A DNA stretch of 64,000 bases from Balanoglossus misakiensis (lineage: Eukaryota; Animalia; Hemichordata): NCBI GenBank assembly GCA_040954595.2, contig CM082582.2, positions 2,712,303-2,776,302 on the forward strand. The letters run 5' to 3'. A program made the translations under genes and the position numbers. The notes beneath the pieces were generated by a model that was not told the DNA's origin, ran no database searches, and worked only from the letters and a program-made list of their open reading frames with translations. Of the stretch, positions 38,632 through 51,165 are shown piece after piece. Position 1 is the first letter of the stretch, and each line of letters opens with the position of its first letter.

Positions 38632-38754
38632 CGGCACATGCATGGCCATCCTCCAGCTGATAGAATCCTGGTCTGCAAGCGCAGAGATAACTACCATGGG
38701 TATTCTGACAATAGTGTTGACATGCATTTCCACCACTGTGACATTCATTCATAT
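38632..38754 (-). CDS. Calcium-binding EGF-like domain exon (intact frame; host gene unclear)
   Basis: 123 nt, phase 1-1, CTCCAG|...|GTATGT. Reads DMNECHSGGNACQHYCQNTHGSYLCACRPGFYQLEDGHACA, a canonical cbEGF pattern. Confidence 0.85.
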
Positions 38755-39276
38755 CTGGAGGGTAAGAAGAAATTAGAAATTATTTACAAGCATTACATTA
38801 TTCAAGATAAGCCTACTCTTGACTACTGGAATCTCACACCAAAGACACCTGGGCTCAGATTTATAACAAGATGGGAATAATTTGTCTCAATTGGTATCCC
38901 GTAAAATATTTTTTTCCGGATGTGTTTATACTTTAGAACCACCAGACAGGTAATATGTATCAGGCATGGTGCCTCAACAGCATCTTGGTATTCATCTGCA
39001 CAGTCGTCATTTGCACCACGTTGCTGAAATTCCCCGTCAGCTGGAAATTTGAATGCCAACGGAACTGCGTCTGATGTCATTGATATCAAAGAAAATCTTT
39101 ATCTACTGGTCATCCAATGTCCTCAGTTAAGACATCAAGCTGCCATCTTCTGATGTCATGTTAGGTAACAAATTATCCAAATACAGTTCCATTGAAATAC
39201 TGAAAAGTGATAAACTGTCACTTGCCAGGCAAAATGGATAGGTGGGTATTATAACTCAGCTCATAACATAACATAC

Positions 39277-39428
39277 CAATGACTGGTTTTGTACATGTAC
39301 TTGTGGCTGTGTCAGAGTTGGAACAACATTGGTGCCAGTGGTGACAGGTGGATTTTTGCTGTCGCTCACATTAGGTACTGTCGGTTGTGTTGACTGCACT
39401 CCTGTTCGCATCGTTGACTGCATACCTG
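39277..39428 (-). pseudogene. Low-complexity S/T/P/Q linker exon, probably MED25
   Basis: 152 nt, TATCAG|...|GTATGT, phase 1-0. Reads GMQSTMRTGVQSTQPTVPNVSDSKNPPVTTGTNVVPTLTQPQVHVQNQSL and is phase-compatible with the upstream exon ending at 41280. Confidence 0.55.
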
Positions 39429-39620
39429 CTGATAAGTAAACACAGTAGTATTAAAACGTCAATAACTTCAACGTTAACTTTGGATATCAGCTGTAAGACT
39501 TTATTCTACTCTGTAAAACATTAAGAATTTATTCAGAGTTTGGTTTTCAAACAAAGGCGTTTTATATATTGATCAGCATTGTTATTGTTGAAAAATGAAT
39601 TCTCGTCTGAGTTCATTTAA

Positions 39621-40798
39621 CCCTCTTGCTACCGGGGGTCATAACCCGTTGGGCTGCCGAGTCTTAATGAGACCGCCTCCTTTTCGGTGTATGTAGAATC
39701 CGGCATTCTACACCCGCTGGATTACCAGGCTTTTTGCCTGAAAATCGGGTTTTTGGAGGGTCATTTTAGCTGCTTTTGAACGTGCTAGACTTCAAGTTTG
39801 GCACAGTCCCGTGTTGGCGGGACCTCAAACAACAATTAACTGGGTAAAAGTTGTGGGGTCATCGGGTTCGTTCCCCTGGGAGGGGAGCGTCTGTCAACGT
39901 CGTTTCGAGGCTTACTTTTACGAAAATAAAGTTAGTGTGTTAGCACACGCCATATCACGTCACAACGACGACACCATTAGTTGTCAGTAGGGGACCCAGG
40001 GTGTACCGCCAGGGGTGTTCGGGCACCCCTTCCCCTGCCACTTTCCCGTAGGGTACGAGTTAGTTCGACACGTAATGCGAACGACTAGACACTGGCGCAC
40101 AGTGTCCCACTCTACAGCCGCCCGACAACGACTCATTTCTTCAGACCAGACACACACGGACGTTGTGATAACGACTCATTTCTTCAGACGAGACACACAC
40201 GGACGTTGTGATAACGACACGTTGGTTACTTACGCACGGCAAACTGACGTTCAGTACGGTGTTAATACGCTATAAATTTTTTACGGCACAGGGTTGTATC
40301 CCGCAAGCTCTGCGGGCCCCATTGCACCATTTCGTCATGTTTCCCGAGTCGATCCCAAAACGCACTTTCCCAAACAGTGCTACCCACGAGTGCATCCGAC
40401 ACCGCTGGCCATCGAAAAGGTCGATACCCTATGTCGTTGTGGAACCGTCTGTAATAGTAAACAATGCATCGATGCCAAGTACGTTTTTGACGGACGCAAA
40501 AAAACGGTCTCCCCAGGGTCGGGAATGACCGGCGGAATGTGCCTCTTAGGATAGTGTGCTCTTTGTAGTTCAAGGCAAAGAAGCCTGTCGAGACTTTCCT
40601 GTCCTAACAGATATTGCCCTCAAAACGGTAGTTCAAAGTCAACCCGTTATAGCGAACCGCATGCAAACGCCTAGAGACTCCAGCGGGTCGGTGAATCATA
40701 TCGATCCATACCGATTAGGTCATTCATCACTCGCCAACGTTCGACTTCTACCCACACCGGAAATCGGGCGCTCTGCTACGGACTCGACAGCGTTAGGG
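39621..40798. mobile_element. piggyBac-like non-autonomous element
   Basis: TTAA|CCCT...AGGG|TTAA boundaries enclose a CpG-rich island in AT-rich DNA. The TIR match beyond the first bases is weak. Internal ~43-bp tandem duplication at ~40127-40218. Confidence 0.6.
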
Positions 40799-41279
40799 TT
40801 AATATTCACAATGGCCATTACTCATGTACAAGTTTTGTATAGAAGCTAAAGACTGAACATTTCATAAAGCTATCCATAGCAGAACAAGAAACTAGGGTTA
40901 ATTCCTTCGCTGAAAAATACTGAAAAAAACAATGTTACTTGGGCTTTAGCAGTTAGCAAAAATGTCACAAAATTTTACCATGACACTGTTGTATTATACC
41001 ATTGATAGGGGAATATGAAAAGGGGAACTTGAATATTTTTTCCTCAGGTTTTGGCAAAGTATATTTAAACTAATGGTAAATGACTGCCATGGCAACATAA
41101 CATATATGACAGTCAAATCTGTGTTTGTGGCCACCTCTATTATAGTGGCAACTTTGTTTCATTTCATGTACATGTACATTGCACATTAACTGACCTATCT
41201 ATAGAAGCCACCTGTCTATAAATGCCAGTTTAGGAAAGTCCCTTGACTGGCCACTGTAGACAGGTTTGACTGTACCTAC

Positions 41280-41463
41280 CTCGTTGTGGCTTTGAATCTG
41301 TACCTGGCCATCTCTGCTGTGGCTGTGAGTTGATAGAATTCACAGCAGCAATTTGTGGCATCTTACTGAACTGACTAGCATTTGCCATTTGCATGACACC
41401 CTCTGTGGCTTTCAGTGCAGCAGCTGGCACATGCTGGGAAGTCATCTTTGGTGGTGAAGTTGC
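41280..41463 (-). pseudogene. MED25 copy-1 linker exon (paralog 46336-46519 has a TAG stop)
   Basis: 184 nt, phase 0-1, reads ATSPPKMTSQHVPAAALKATEGVMQMANASQFSKMPQ...KPQR, with GT-AG boundaries in both copies. Confidence 0.6.
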
Positions 41464-41886
41464 CTGTCCAAAAAGAGTAACAAACCTAGTTAATATGAAG
41501 CATTATCAAGGCCAGTATTCAAAACCACATTTTTTAATTCATGACTTCGATGTTGAGCTTACAACTCTCAAAGTCCTATTTTCAACACACATACTCACAT
41601 TTGGAAGGGATCAGGTTTTAGGGCTTATCAACATTAATCACATTAAAAATTGAATTTGATTAATGAGTCTGTGGCATTATCCAAAGAGTCTTTCCATTTA
41701 CAGAGTGGCTTTTTTGCAACCAAAACAGAAGTTTTGAATGTGTTTTGAAAATAAATAGTCTACTGTGTAGACAATGGTAAGACAAGGCTATGCGATACAG
41801 TCATAAAAAGCTTTCAATTCACAGGATGGGTAACTAGAAAGAGCTAATTTGAATATCATAAAGTAGAAGGTAGACCACAACTGTAC

Positions 41887-42148
41887 CTGGGTGGACAAAA
41901 TTGTCTCATGGGGATACTTGAAACAGTCACATTGGGTTGTTGAGTCCTGTTTGCTGTGACAGTGGATACTGGTTGGTTTGGTAAACTGGTAGGCTGGGCA
42001 AAAGGCATTGATGACCTTTGACCTTGGCCCTGCATCTGGGGCTGACTTGGTTGAATCAGTTTCTGTTGAGAGGACGATAGTTGTTGTGGAGACTGACTTC
42101 CAATTTGACTTGGTCGTCCAGGTAACAGATGAATTGTTGGTGTAGCAT
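41887..42148 (-). pseudogene. MED25 copy-1 Q/P/S-rich linker exon (paralog 46935-47184)
   Basis: TTTTACTGCAG|...|GTACAG. The phase-1 frame reads ATPTIHLLPGRPSQIGSQSPQQLSSSQQK... Indels between the copies are multiples of 3. The end phase does not match the next exon. Confidence 0.55.
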
Positions 42149-42838
42149 CTGCAGTAAAAAGATCTACTTGATTTATTTATATACTGTAAAACAGAAAATT
42201 TCTGTGACAGGAAATGTTCGCATAATCCTAAGAGACAGCTGTTATGCTACAATTAAATTTCGCATTCTCATATTTCACTAACTGCACCAATATCCCTGAA
42301 AAATATTTTTACATGACTTTTTAATTCGCATTTTTTGGTTCTCACGAAGTTCACAAAAATTTCCTGTAAGACAGTAATTCATCTATCACAAACACAGAAA
42401 ATATGTCTAGTAGAAAGACTAGAAAAGGTGCAAATCACCTACACAAAGCCATGAGTCTCCTCAGAGCAATGAGAAGTAAAGTGCCTTGCTCACGAACACA
42501 ATATTCCAGTCATGAAGTCACCATCCTCAGATAGAAAATCCACTGCAGGAAATATTTCTGATGCACCTGGTCCTGCACATATTTCCTACTTTGAATACCC
42601 CATGATTCTCTGTTTCTCTGTTCATTCCACGTGTGCATCTGATGAAGGGGACTACATGTCCCCGAAAACTCATGCTGTATTTTCAACTCGTTGATCACAG
42701 AGTGCTATATAACTTTAACTAATATTGTAGTGAAGATCAACATGGCAATATTCTACTATATCTCACACTTCACTTGGTGGTCTAATTATGTGCGGACTTA
42801 AATTGACAATGGCTGGGAAGCAACACTGGAGACTTTAC

Positions 42839-43506
42839 CTGGGGATGAACTTCCAACAGTTGATTAGTCTCGGTTACCCAGACGCCTTTGCTTCTTCCGA
42901 TGCTCTCCAGAAAAGGGTCTGGGGAAATGCTATTGAAAGCTTTGTAAAACAAAATGGCCGATGTCAGGATTTTGATCATCGCCTGATTGGCTGAGCTGTC
43001 AGTATGACCCAGGTCACCGCAATAGTTTCGACAATCGTCTACCAAAGATATTTCGTATAATTTCTCCAACAATGCTACAGAGGACGCCTTTTGCCTTTCG
43101 CATCAACCAACAAGTACCGGTCTCTTGATATGAAGAGAGGACAAAAAACCACACATTGTTGAGAGTCAGTGACCCGGGTCAATCATACTGACAGCTCAGC
43201 CAATCAGGTGATGATCAAAATCCTGACATCGGCCATTTTGTTTTACAAAGCTTTCAATAGCATTTCCCCAGACCCTTTTCTGGAGAGCATCGGAAGAAGC
43301 AAAGGCGTCTGGGTAACCGAGACTAACAGTTGATTTGAGAGGATTTGAGGTCATACTGGAGTTAGATGCTGTAAACAATATGGTAACTGTTGATGCGGGT
43401 TTCAGTGGCTGTGTTGTGGTAGTGGTTGTAGACACTGAAGTGGTTGCTATGGTTGTAGGTTTTACTATGGCAACCTCTTTTGTATCACCACTGGACACCG
43501 ATTTTT
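42839..43506 (-). pseudogene. MED25 copy-1 Thr/Ser-rich exon interrupted by a transposon (paralog 47534-47727, frameshifted)
   Basis: Removing the insertion and one TSD leaves a 198-nt phase 1-1 exon, EKSVSSGDTKEVAIVKPTTIATTSVSTTTTTTQPLKP...KSTVGSSSP. Confidence 0.65.
42865..43325. mobile_element. AcademH-like non-autonomous transposon
   Basis: ~145 bp TIRs with TAG...CTA termini and a 9-bp TSD ACAGTTGAT (42856-42864, 43326-43334). The empty site is visible in duplicate copy 2 near 47550. Confidence 0.8.
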
Positions 43507-44025
43507 CTGAAACACAAAAATGGAGGATTATACAGTTGATGTGAAATTCTGATGTGGAATCACAAAATGTCACTAAACTTGCCTTGAACCTGTACCAGTG
43601 TTTCATCCAGGATGTAACCAAGGAAATTGATTGCCCACCTACCAACAATTTTCAGGAGGATGTGTAATTAATTGGCCAGGCATTGACACGATGGGAAATA
43701 ATAGGCTGGCTTGTGAAAGTACTGCAACAGAATACACTGCATCACTCGCGACAATAACTTCCATAAGCCTCAGATCGTGTGCAGAGGTCATGAAGTTCTG
43801 TCATATTTAGTATTAGCCAACCAGGAGCGCATAACAATACATGATGTGTAATAAATATTACAACCATTTTATGGAAGTACCAATTTAGAGTAATGAAAAT
43901 CTTAACAAACCACAAAATGATGAATTGGTTGTAAATGGCCACGTAAACAAGTTATATATTTGACCTGTGAACTTTATAATCTGGATGGTATGATTGCAAA
44001 TATTTGCATAGCAACAGATACCTAC

Positions 44026-44174
44026 CAGCAAGTTGATAACCTTTGAGAAGTATCATGTGGTGTGGATCAGCCGCATATTCCTTCATAGGTACCATCTGTA
44101 TTTTACGCTTTGTCGCTAAGTTTTTGGAGTTCAGGCCGTTTGCGGGGTGATATGATTGAGGAATGGACTCCTCT
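44026..44174 (-). pseudogene. MED25: MED25 VWA exon, copy 1 (frameshifted)
   Basis: 149 nt versus 154 nt in copy 2; reads RGVHSSIISPRK...DPHHMILLKGYQL across a frameshift and stop. Confidence 0.85.
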
Positions 44175-44617
44175 CTGTCAAAATACAACATTTGCTAAGA
44201 ATCAAATGTGGCATCCACATGTGAAGTCGTTACTGATGCAACAAAAACAATTCAAAATACAAAACAAAGAGTTTTTGAGACTTGAGTTGTTGTCATCATT
44301 TTGAAGACAATCAAAACATTGAGCATTCCTCATCTTTACTGAAAATTTAGTTGCCCTCAGCAAATATACAAGTTCAATTTAATAATCTCATACATACTAG
44401 AAAATGTTCCCAAAGCGATGCATTTAGATGTAAAACACATGTCAATCAATCAAAGTTAATTATAAAACCAGAATTCCTGTTAAATGGGGCTTAATGAAAT
44501 TGGTCCGCACAGTAAGCTAGTTTGAAAAGATGTTTTGTTTTCATCTTCCCTTGTCAGATTGATATGACTATTGTTAGTAGGCAGTGTTGTATGAAATGTT
44601 TTACATCGCTTACTTAC

Positions 44618-44738
44618 CTCACCCAACATGGCAGTCAATTGATCTGCAGTCAATCCACTGTAATTAATACTATCTTGACTTGGCAAGGGATGTGGAGGAG
44701 AGTTGCAGATCAATATACAAGGTTTCTGTTCTTGTGTG
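44618..44738 (-). pseudogene. MED25: MED25 VWA exon, copy 1 (intact frame)
   Basis: 121 nt, phase 2-0, reads TQEQKPCILICNSPPHPLPSQDSINYSGLTADQLTAMLGE, donor GTAAGT. Confidence 0.88.
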
Positions 44739-47700
44739 CTGTATGCAAAGAGAAGAGAAAAACAATATTTCGTTATTGGCAGTATTGTCAGTCAGTGTTT
44801 TTTCTTACCCTTCCACCCCAATTTCCTCTTCAGAGGTCCAACCTTAACATAGAAAACAATGCTGTTGGACTGAACCATAGTGATGATCAGGGTAATGTAA
44901 CCAGGGTTCCCCAGTCATTTTACTAGCATTCCTCATGGTACCATCAATGCAGTCATATTTATGGTAAGACAGGTGTTACATGGGGTTCCAAAATCACTTA
45001 TTCATGCTCCCCAACAATAGCCAAAATACTGTGTTATCCAAATTCTTATTTCCCACCTGTTACAACTTACAAAGTATCTGTCGCAGTCATTTTATGCTCT
45101 TTTAGTATTTAGGATCTATTATGGATGATATAATCACCTCTGAACATATATAGACTAGATTGCATCTATAGCTCAACAGAATAATATTGAAGGTCAGAAT
45201 GCTTTTGATGAGGAAACAACACACCAACTGCGAGATTATATCTTCTTCGGAGAATTCAATCATTTCATGTTTGTCAAGATACTTTGCAACTGGTGTATTG
45301 TTCTCTCATCAAAAGCATTCTGACCTTCAATATTACCGGACTGTAAAACAGATTATTTTCATGAAAGGAAATTTTTCGCGACATTAAAAGACCAAACTGT
45401 TACGCGAGGATTAATTTTCACATTCTCGTATTTCATTGCATCTTTATCTCCGAAAAACATTTTACGCGACTTTTTATTTTCACGTTTGTTGGTTCTCGCA
45501 TATTTCGCGAAAAATTTATTGCTCGCAAAAACAACCTGTTTTTTTGTGGTATGGTAATTTAACAGTAAAACACAGGTGCAAGCTTTCTCTTATTGTGAGT
45601 ATGGCAGAGAAAGTTTTTGACTGCTGTCAAATTCTCTGGCAAACACTGGAGGATTATGGAACTGAAAATGTTGGTAATACAGTGAAACCTGTCAATAAGA
45701 CATCTCTCTAATCAGTACACCACTCTATTAAGGAAAGATTGTTCAAGACAGAAGTGATGGTTTGAATAAAATATTACATGCACATTTCTATTAAAGGGAC
45801 AAAGTCTCTCTCTCGCTGCCCTTTTTTTCATTATGTTTGATACAAGAGACATTTTATATTAATGTACATATGTATATGTAGTGAATGAATGTTCAACCAT
45901 ACACAATTTCCATCCCGCTTGAATGATATGAGCATAAGAACTCGCCCAAAATGAATAAATGATAGAGACCGATTGTTCATATTGGTGAGGTTTTTTCACT
46001 CTCGTGGCTACAAGCAGGGTGGAAGTTGTGTGTGGTCATGACACTGGCGTATTATACCATTGATGGAGAATATGAAAAGGGGAACTTGAATATTTTTTTC
46101 CTACGGTTTTGGCAATGTATAATCGAACTCATGGTAAATGACTGCCATGGCAACATAACATATATGACAGTCAACTATGTGTTTGTGGCAACCTCTATGT
46201 AGTGGCAACTTTGTTTCATTTCATGTACATGTACATTGCACATTTATTGACCTGTCTATAGAAGCCACCTGTCTATAAATGTCAGTTTTGGAAGTCCCTT
46301 GACTGGCCAGTATAGACAGGTTTGACTGTACCTACCTCTTTGTGGCTGTGAATCTGTACCTGGCCATCTCTGCTGTGGCTGTGAGTTGATAGAATTCACA
46401 GCAGCAATTGGTGGTGCCTAACTGAACTGACTAGCATTTGCCATTTGCATGACACCCTCTGTGGCTTTCAGTGCAGCAGCTGGTGCATGCTGGGAAGTCA
46501 TCTTTGGTGGTGAAGTTGCCTGTCCAAAAAGAGTAACAAACCTAGTTAATATGAAGCATTATCAAGGCCAGTATTCAAAACCCCATTTTAAATTCATGAC
46601 TTCAATTTTTGATTCGATGTTGAGCTTGCAACTCTCAAAGTCCTATTTTCAACACACATACCCACATTAGAGCTTATCAACATTAATCTCATTAAAAATT
46701 GAAATTGATCACTGAGTCTCTGGCATTATCCAAAAGAGTCTTTGCATTCACAGAGTGGGTTTCTAGCAACCAAAACAGAAGTTTTGAATGTGTTTTGAAA
46801 TAATAGTTTACTGTATAGAAAATGGTAACACAAGGCTATGTGAAACAGTCATAAAAAGCTTTCAATTCACAGGATGGGTAACTAGAAACAGCTAATTTGA
46901 ATCTCATAAAGTAGAAGGTAGACCACAACTGTACCTGGGTGGACAAAATTGTCTCATGGGGATACTTGAAACAGTCACATTGGGTTGTTGTGTCCTGTTT
47001 GCTGTGACAGTGGATACTGGTTGGTTTGGTAAACTGGTAGGCTGGGCAAAAGGCATTGATGACCTTTGACCTTGGCCCTGCATCTGGGACTGACTCAGTT
47101 TCTGTTGAGAGGATGACAGATGTTGTGGAGACGGACTTCCAATTTGACTTGGTTGTCCAGGTGACAGATGACTTGGTGTGGCACCTGCAGTAAAAATATC
47201 TAGTTGATTTATTTATATACTGTAAAACGGAAAATTTCTGTGACAGGAAATGTTCGCATATCAAAGGAGACAGCTGTTACGCTACACTTAAATTTTGCAT
47301 TCTAATATTTCACTAACTGCACCAATATCCTCTACCTTGGCCCTGCATCTGGGGTTGACTTGGTTGAGTCAGTTTCTGATCACAAAGTGCTATATAACTT
47401 TAACTCATATTGTACTGAAGATCAACACGGCAATACTCTTAATAATTCTACTATATCTCACACTACACTTGGTGGTCTAATTGTGTGTGGACTTAATTTG
47501 ACAATGGCTGGGAAGCAACACTGGAGACTTTACCTGGAGATGAACTTCCAACAGTTGATTTGAGAGGATTTGAGGTCATACCAGAGCTAGGCCCTTGTAA
47601 CCATGGTAACTGTTTGCAGGTTTCAGTGGCTGTGTTGTGGTAGTGGTTGTAGACACTGAAGTGGTTACTATGGTTGTAGGTTTCACTATGGCAACCTCTT

Positions 47701-48270
47701 TTGTATCACCACTTGACACAGATTTTTCTAAAACACAATCATTACAAAAATGGAGGATTATACAGTTTATGTGAAATTCTGCTGTGGATTCACACAATGT
47801 CACTAAACTTGTCTTGAACCTGTACCAGTGTTTCATCCAGGATGTAACCATGGAAATTGATTGCCCACCTTCCAACAATTTTCAGGAGGATGTGTAATTA
47901 ATTGGCCATGCAATGAAATGATGGGGAATAATAGGCTGGCTTGCGAAAGTACTGCAACAGAATACACTGCATCACTCACGACAATAACTTCCATAAGCCT
48001 CAGATCGTGTGCACAGGTCATGAATTTCTGTCATATTTAGTATTAGCCAACCAGGAGCGCATAATAATACGTGATGTGTAATAAATATTAATAAATATAT
48101 TACAACCATTTTATTGAAGTACCAATTTAGAGTAATGAAACTCTTAACAAACCACAAAATGATGAATTGGTTGTAAATGACCATGTAAACAAGTTATATA
48201 TTTGACCAGTGAACTTTAGAATCTAGATCATGGTATGATTGCAAATATTTGCGTAGCAACAGATACCTAC

Positions 48271-48424
48271 CTGCAAGTTGATAACCTTTGAGAAGTATCA
48301 TGTGGTGTGGATCAGCCGCATAATCCTTCATTGGTACCATCTGTACTTCACCATATGCTTTGAAGTTAAGTTTTTGGAGTTCAGGCAGTTTGCGGGGTGA
48401 TATGATTGAGAAATGGACTCCTCT
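48271..48424 (-). pseudogene. MED25: MED25 VWA exon, copy 2 (intact frame)
   Basis: 154 nt, phase 0-1, reads RGVHFSIISPRKLPELQKLNFKAYGEVQMVPMKDYAADPHHMILLKGYQLA. Confidence 0.9.
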
Positions 48425-48843
48425 CTGTGAAAATACAACATTTGCTAAGAATCGAAATTTGGCATTCACATGTGAAGTCGTTAATGATGCGACAACTACA
48501 ATTCAAACTTTAAAACAAAAGAGTTTTTGAGACTTGAGTTGTTGTCATCTTTTTGAAGACAATCCGAACATTGGGCATTCCTCATCTTTACTGAAAATTT
48601 AGTTGCCCCAGCAAATATACAAGTTCAATTTAATAATCACATACATACTAGAAAATGTTCCCAAAACGATGCATTTAGATGTAAAACACATTTCAATCAA
48701 TCAAAGTTTATTATAAAACCAGATTCCAAGAAAATACAGCTGTTCAAAGGGGCTTAGTATTTTTTTTCATCTTCCCTTGTCAGGTTGATATGACTATTGT
48801 TAGTATGCAGTGTTGTATGAAATGTTTTACATCGCTTACTTAC

Positions 48844-48963
48844 CTCACCCAACATGGCAGCCAATTGTTCTGCAGTAACTCCACTGTAATTAATACTATC
48901 TTGACTTGGCAAGGGATATGGAGGAGAGTTCAGATCAATATACAATGTTTCTGTATTGGTGTG
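48844..48963 (-). pseudogene. MED25: MED25 VWA exon, copy 2 (1-nt deletion, acceptor AG mutated to CG)
   Basis: 120 nt versus 121 nt in copy 1; reads NSPPYPLPSQDSINYSGVTAEQLAAMLGE. Confidence 0.85.
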
Positions 48964-49886
48964 CGGTATACAAAAAGAAGATAAAACAATATTTTGTTAT
49001 TGGCAGTATTCTCAGTCAGTGTTTTTTTTAACCCTTCCACCCCAATTTCCTCTTCAGAGCTCCAACCTTAACATAGAAAACAATGCAGTTGGACTGAACC
49101 ATTGTGGTGATCAGGGTAATGTAACCAGGGTTCCCCAGTCATTTTGTTAGCATTCCTTATGGTACCATAAATGCAGTCATATTAATGGTAAGACAGGTGT
49201 TACATGGGGTTTCAAAATCACTTATTGCTCCACCCCCCCCCCCCCCCAACAATAGCCAAAATACTGTCAGTGTTATCCAAATTCTTATTTCACACCTGTT
49301 ACAACTAACAAGGTATCTGTCGCAGTCATTTTATGCTCTTTTAGTATCCAGGATCTATTGTCGATGATATAATCATCTCTGATCAGACTAGATTGCATGT
49401 ATAGCTCAACAGAATAATATTGAAGGTCAGAATGCTTTTGATGAGGAAACAAAACACCAACTGCGAGATTATATCTTCTTCAGAAAATACCTTCATTTTT
49501 ATGTTAGTCAAGATACTTTGCAACTGGTGTATTGTTCTCTCATCAAAAGCATTCTGACCTTCAATATTACTGTAAAACGGATTATTTTCGTGACAGGAAA
49601 TGTTCGCAATATTAAAAGAGGCAACTGTTATGCGAGGATTAATTTTCATGTTCTTGTATTTCATTGCATCTTTATCTCCGAAAAACATTTTACGCAACTT
49701 TTCTTTTCACATTTTGTTGGCTCTCGCCTATTTCGCAAAAATTAATTGCTTGCGAAAATACACCCATTTTACACACAGGTGCAAGCTTTCTCTTATTGTG
49801 AGTATGGCAGAGAAAGTTTTGGCTGCTGTCAAAATTTTCTGACAAAGACATCCAGAAGGATTATGAAACTGAAAATGTTGATAATA

Positions 49887-50514
49887 CAGTGAAACCTGTC
49901 AATTAATACAGACATCTCTCTAATCAGGACCCCTCTCTATTAAGGAAAGATTGTTCAAGACAAGAGTAATGGTTTGAATAGAATATTACATGCACATTTC
50001 TGTTAAAGGGACAAAGTCTCTCTCTCGCTGCCCTTTTTAGGTCCCATTGGTATAGGCCTATATACCATGGGACCTTATGGGATTGGTCTCGTCTGTATGT
50101 ATGTATGTATGGAAGGATGTATCATTGTATGGATGTGTGGATGTATGTCCGTCCACATCAAAAACTTGAAAACCACTGTGTGTATCACCTTGATATTTGG
50201 TGTGCAGATGCAGGCTGGTCTGTAGATGGGAGTTTGTTCAAATGAAGTTGTCGTTGCCAAAAATATGCAAATTAGCTGGAAAAATGTGAATTTAGTCAAA
50301 ACTCAGTAACTCAAGAACTACTGGTCAGATTGCTTTGCGAAGTGGTGTGTATTTACTTTATTGAGTTGTTTATATACACAGGAAATTCCGGAATGATTAC
50401 ATAACTGGCTAAGTTTTAAAGAGGCCAGCTGTTCTATATAGTGTATGTATAGTACATATGCCATTGGCAGCTTATGGGTCACCGGTCAGTCAGTGTTTGC
50501 CCATTGATCTCTTG

Positions 50515-50551
<37 letters not shown>

Positions 50552-51017
50552 TGTCAGTATATCGCCATGTACTCCGGTGTAGACTTTTTCTTGTGTATTC
50601 CCTCAATGGGACCACTGTGTCCTTGACGCGATTTTTTCCATTATGTTTGATACAAGAGACATTTTATATTAATGTACATGTGTATATGTAGTTAATGAAC
50701 GTTCAACCATACACAATTTCCATCCCACTTGAATGATATGAGCATAAAAACTCGCATAAAATGAATAAATGATAGAGACCGATTATTGGCGTGTGTTTTT
50801 TATCACTCTGGTGGCTACAAGCAGGGTTGAAGTTGTGTGTGGTGAAACATTGATTCACTATATATCCACATGTAGAATAACAGAAATGGTGCCCTGTAAC
50901 AAACCTAATTCATGGAAAAGGGGCAGCGAGAGAGAGAATTTGTCCCTTTAAGGACACCTCTCTATTAAGGACACATTTTGTGGTCCCAGAGGTGTCCTTC
51001 CTAGGCAGGTTTCAATG
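49887..51017. mobile_element. pogo/Tigger-like MITE hosting nested insertions
   Basis: TA|CAGTGAAACCTG...CAGGTTTCAATG|TA with ATTAAGG(A)CA-type internal repeats. A similar element lies at 54917-55093. Confidence 0.65.
50007..50947. mobile_element. Kolobok-type MITE (itself interrupted at ~50039-50635)
   Basis: TTAA|AGGGACAAAGTCTCTCTCTCGCTGCCC ... GGGCAGCGAGAGAGAGAATTTGTCCCT|TTAA. Other copies lie at ~45795-46036 (truncated) and ~63642-63986. Confidence 0.8.
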
Positions 51018-51165
51018 TACTTCACATGTCAGTTGTACTCCACTGTCTGTATGGAATCATTTCCTGGTTGACATGGTGAGCTTTACAAAAACAGATAAAC
51101 CACCAAAAAAAGTCAGGGCCATATGTAGAGAATGATCTTGAAACTCAGAATTTTACCATAATTAC

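Larger units (their letters stand above)
40979..50843. repeat. ~5 kb tandem segmental duplication (copy 1 ~40979-46036, copy 2 ~46037-50843) containing five MED25 exons
   Basis: Both copies start CATGACACTG..GTATTATACCATTGAT and have collinear exons, introns and MITEs. Copy-specific insertions include 42865-43325 and ~50039-50635. Confidence 0.93.

Noticed and set aside
40015-40849. Overlapping ORFs as a piggyBac transposase
   Set aside because: They are short, lack DDD motifs and are a by-product of high GC content.
46836-47264. 142-aa minus-strand ORF as a standalone gene
   Set aside because: It is an alternative frame over a spliced linker exon plus intron sequence; upstream exon phases favour the Q/P/S-rich frame.
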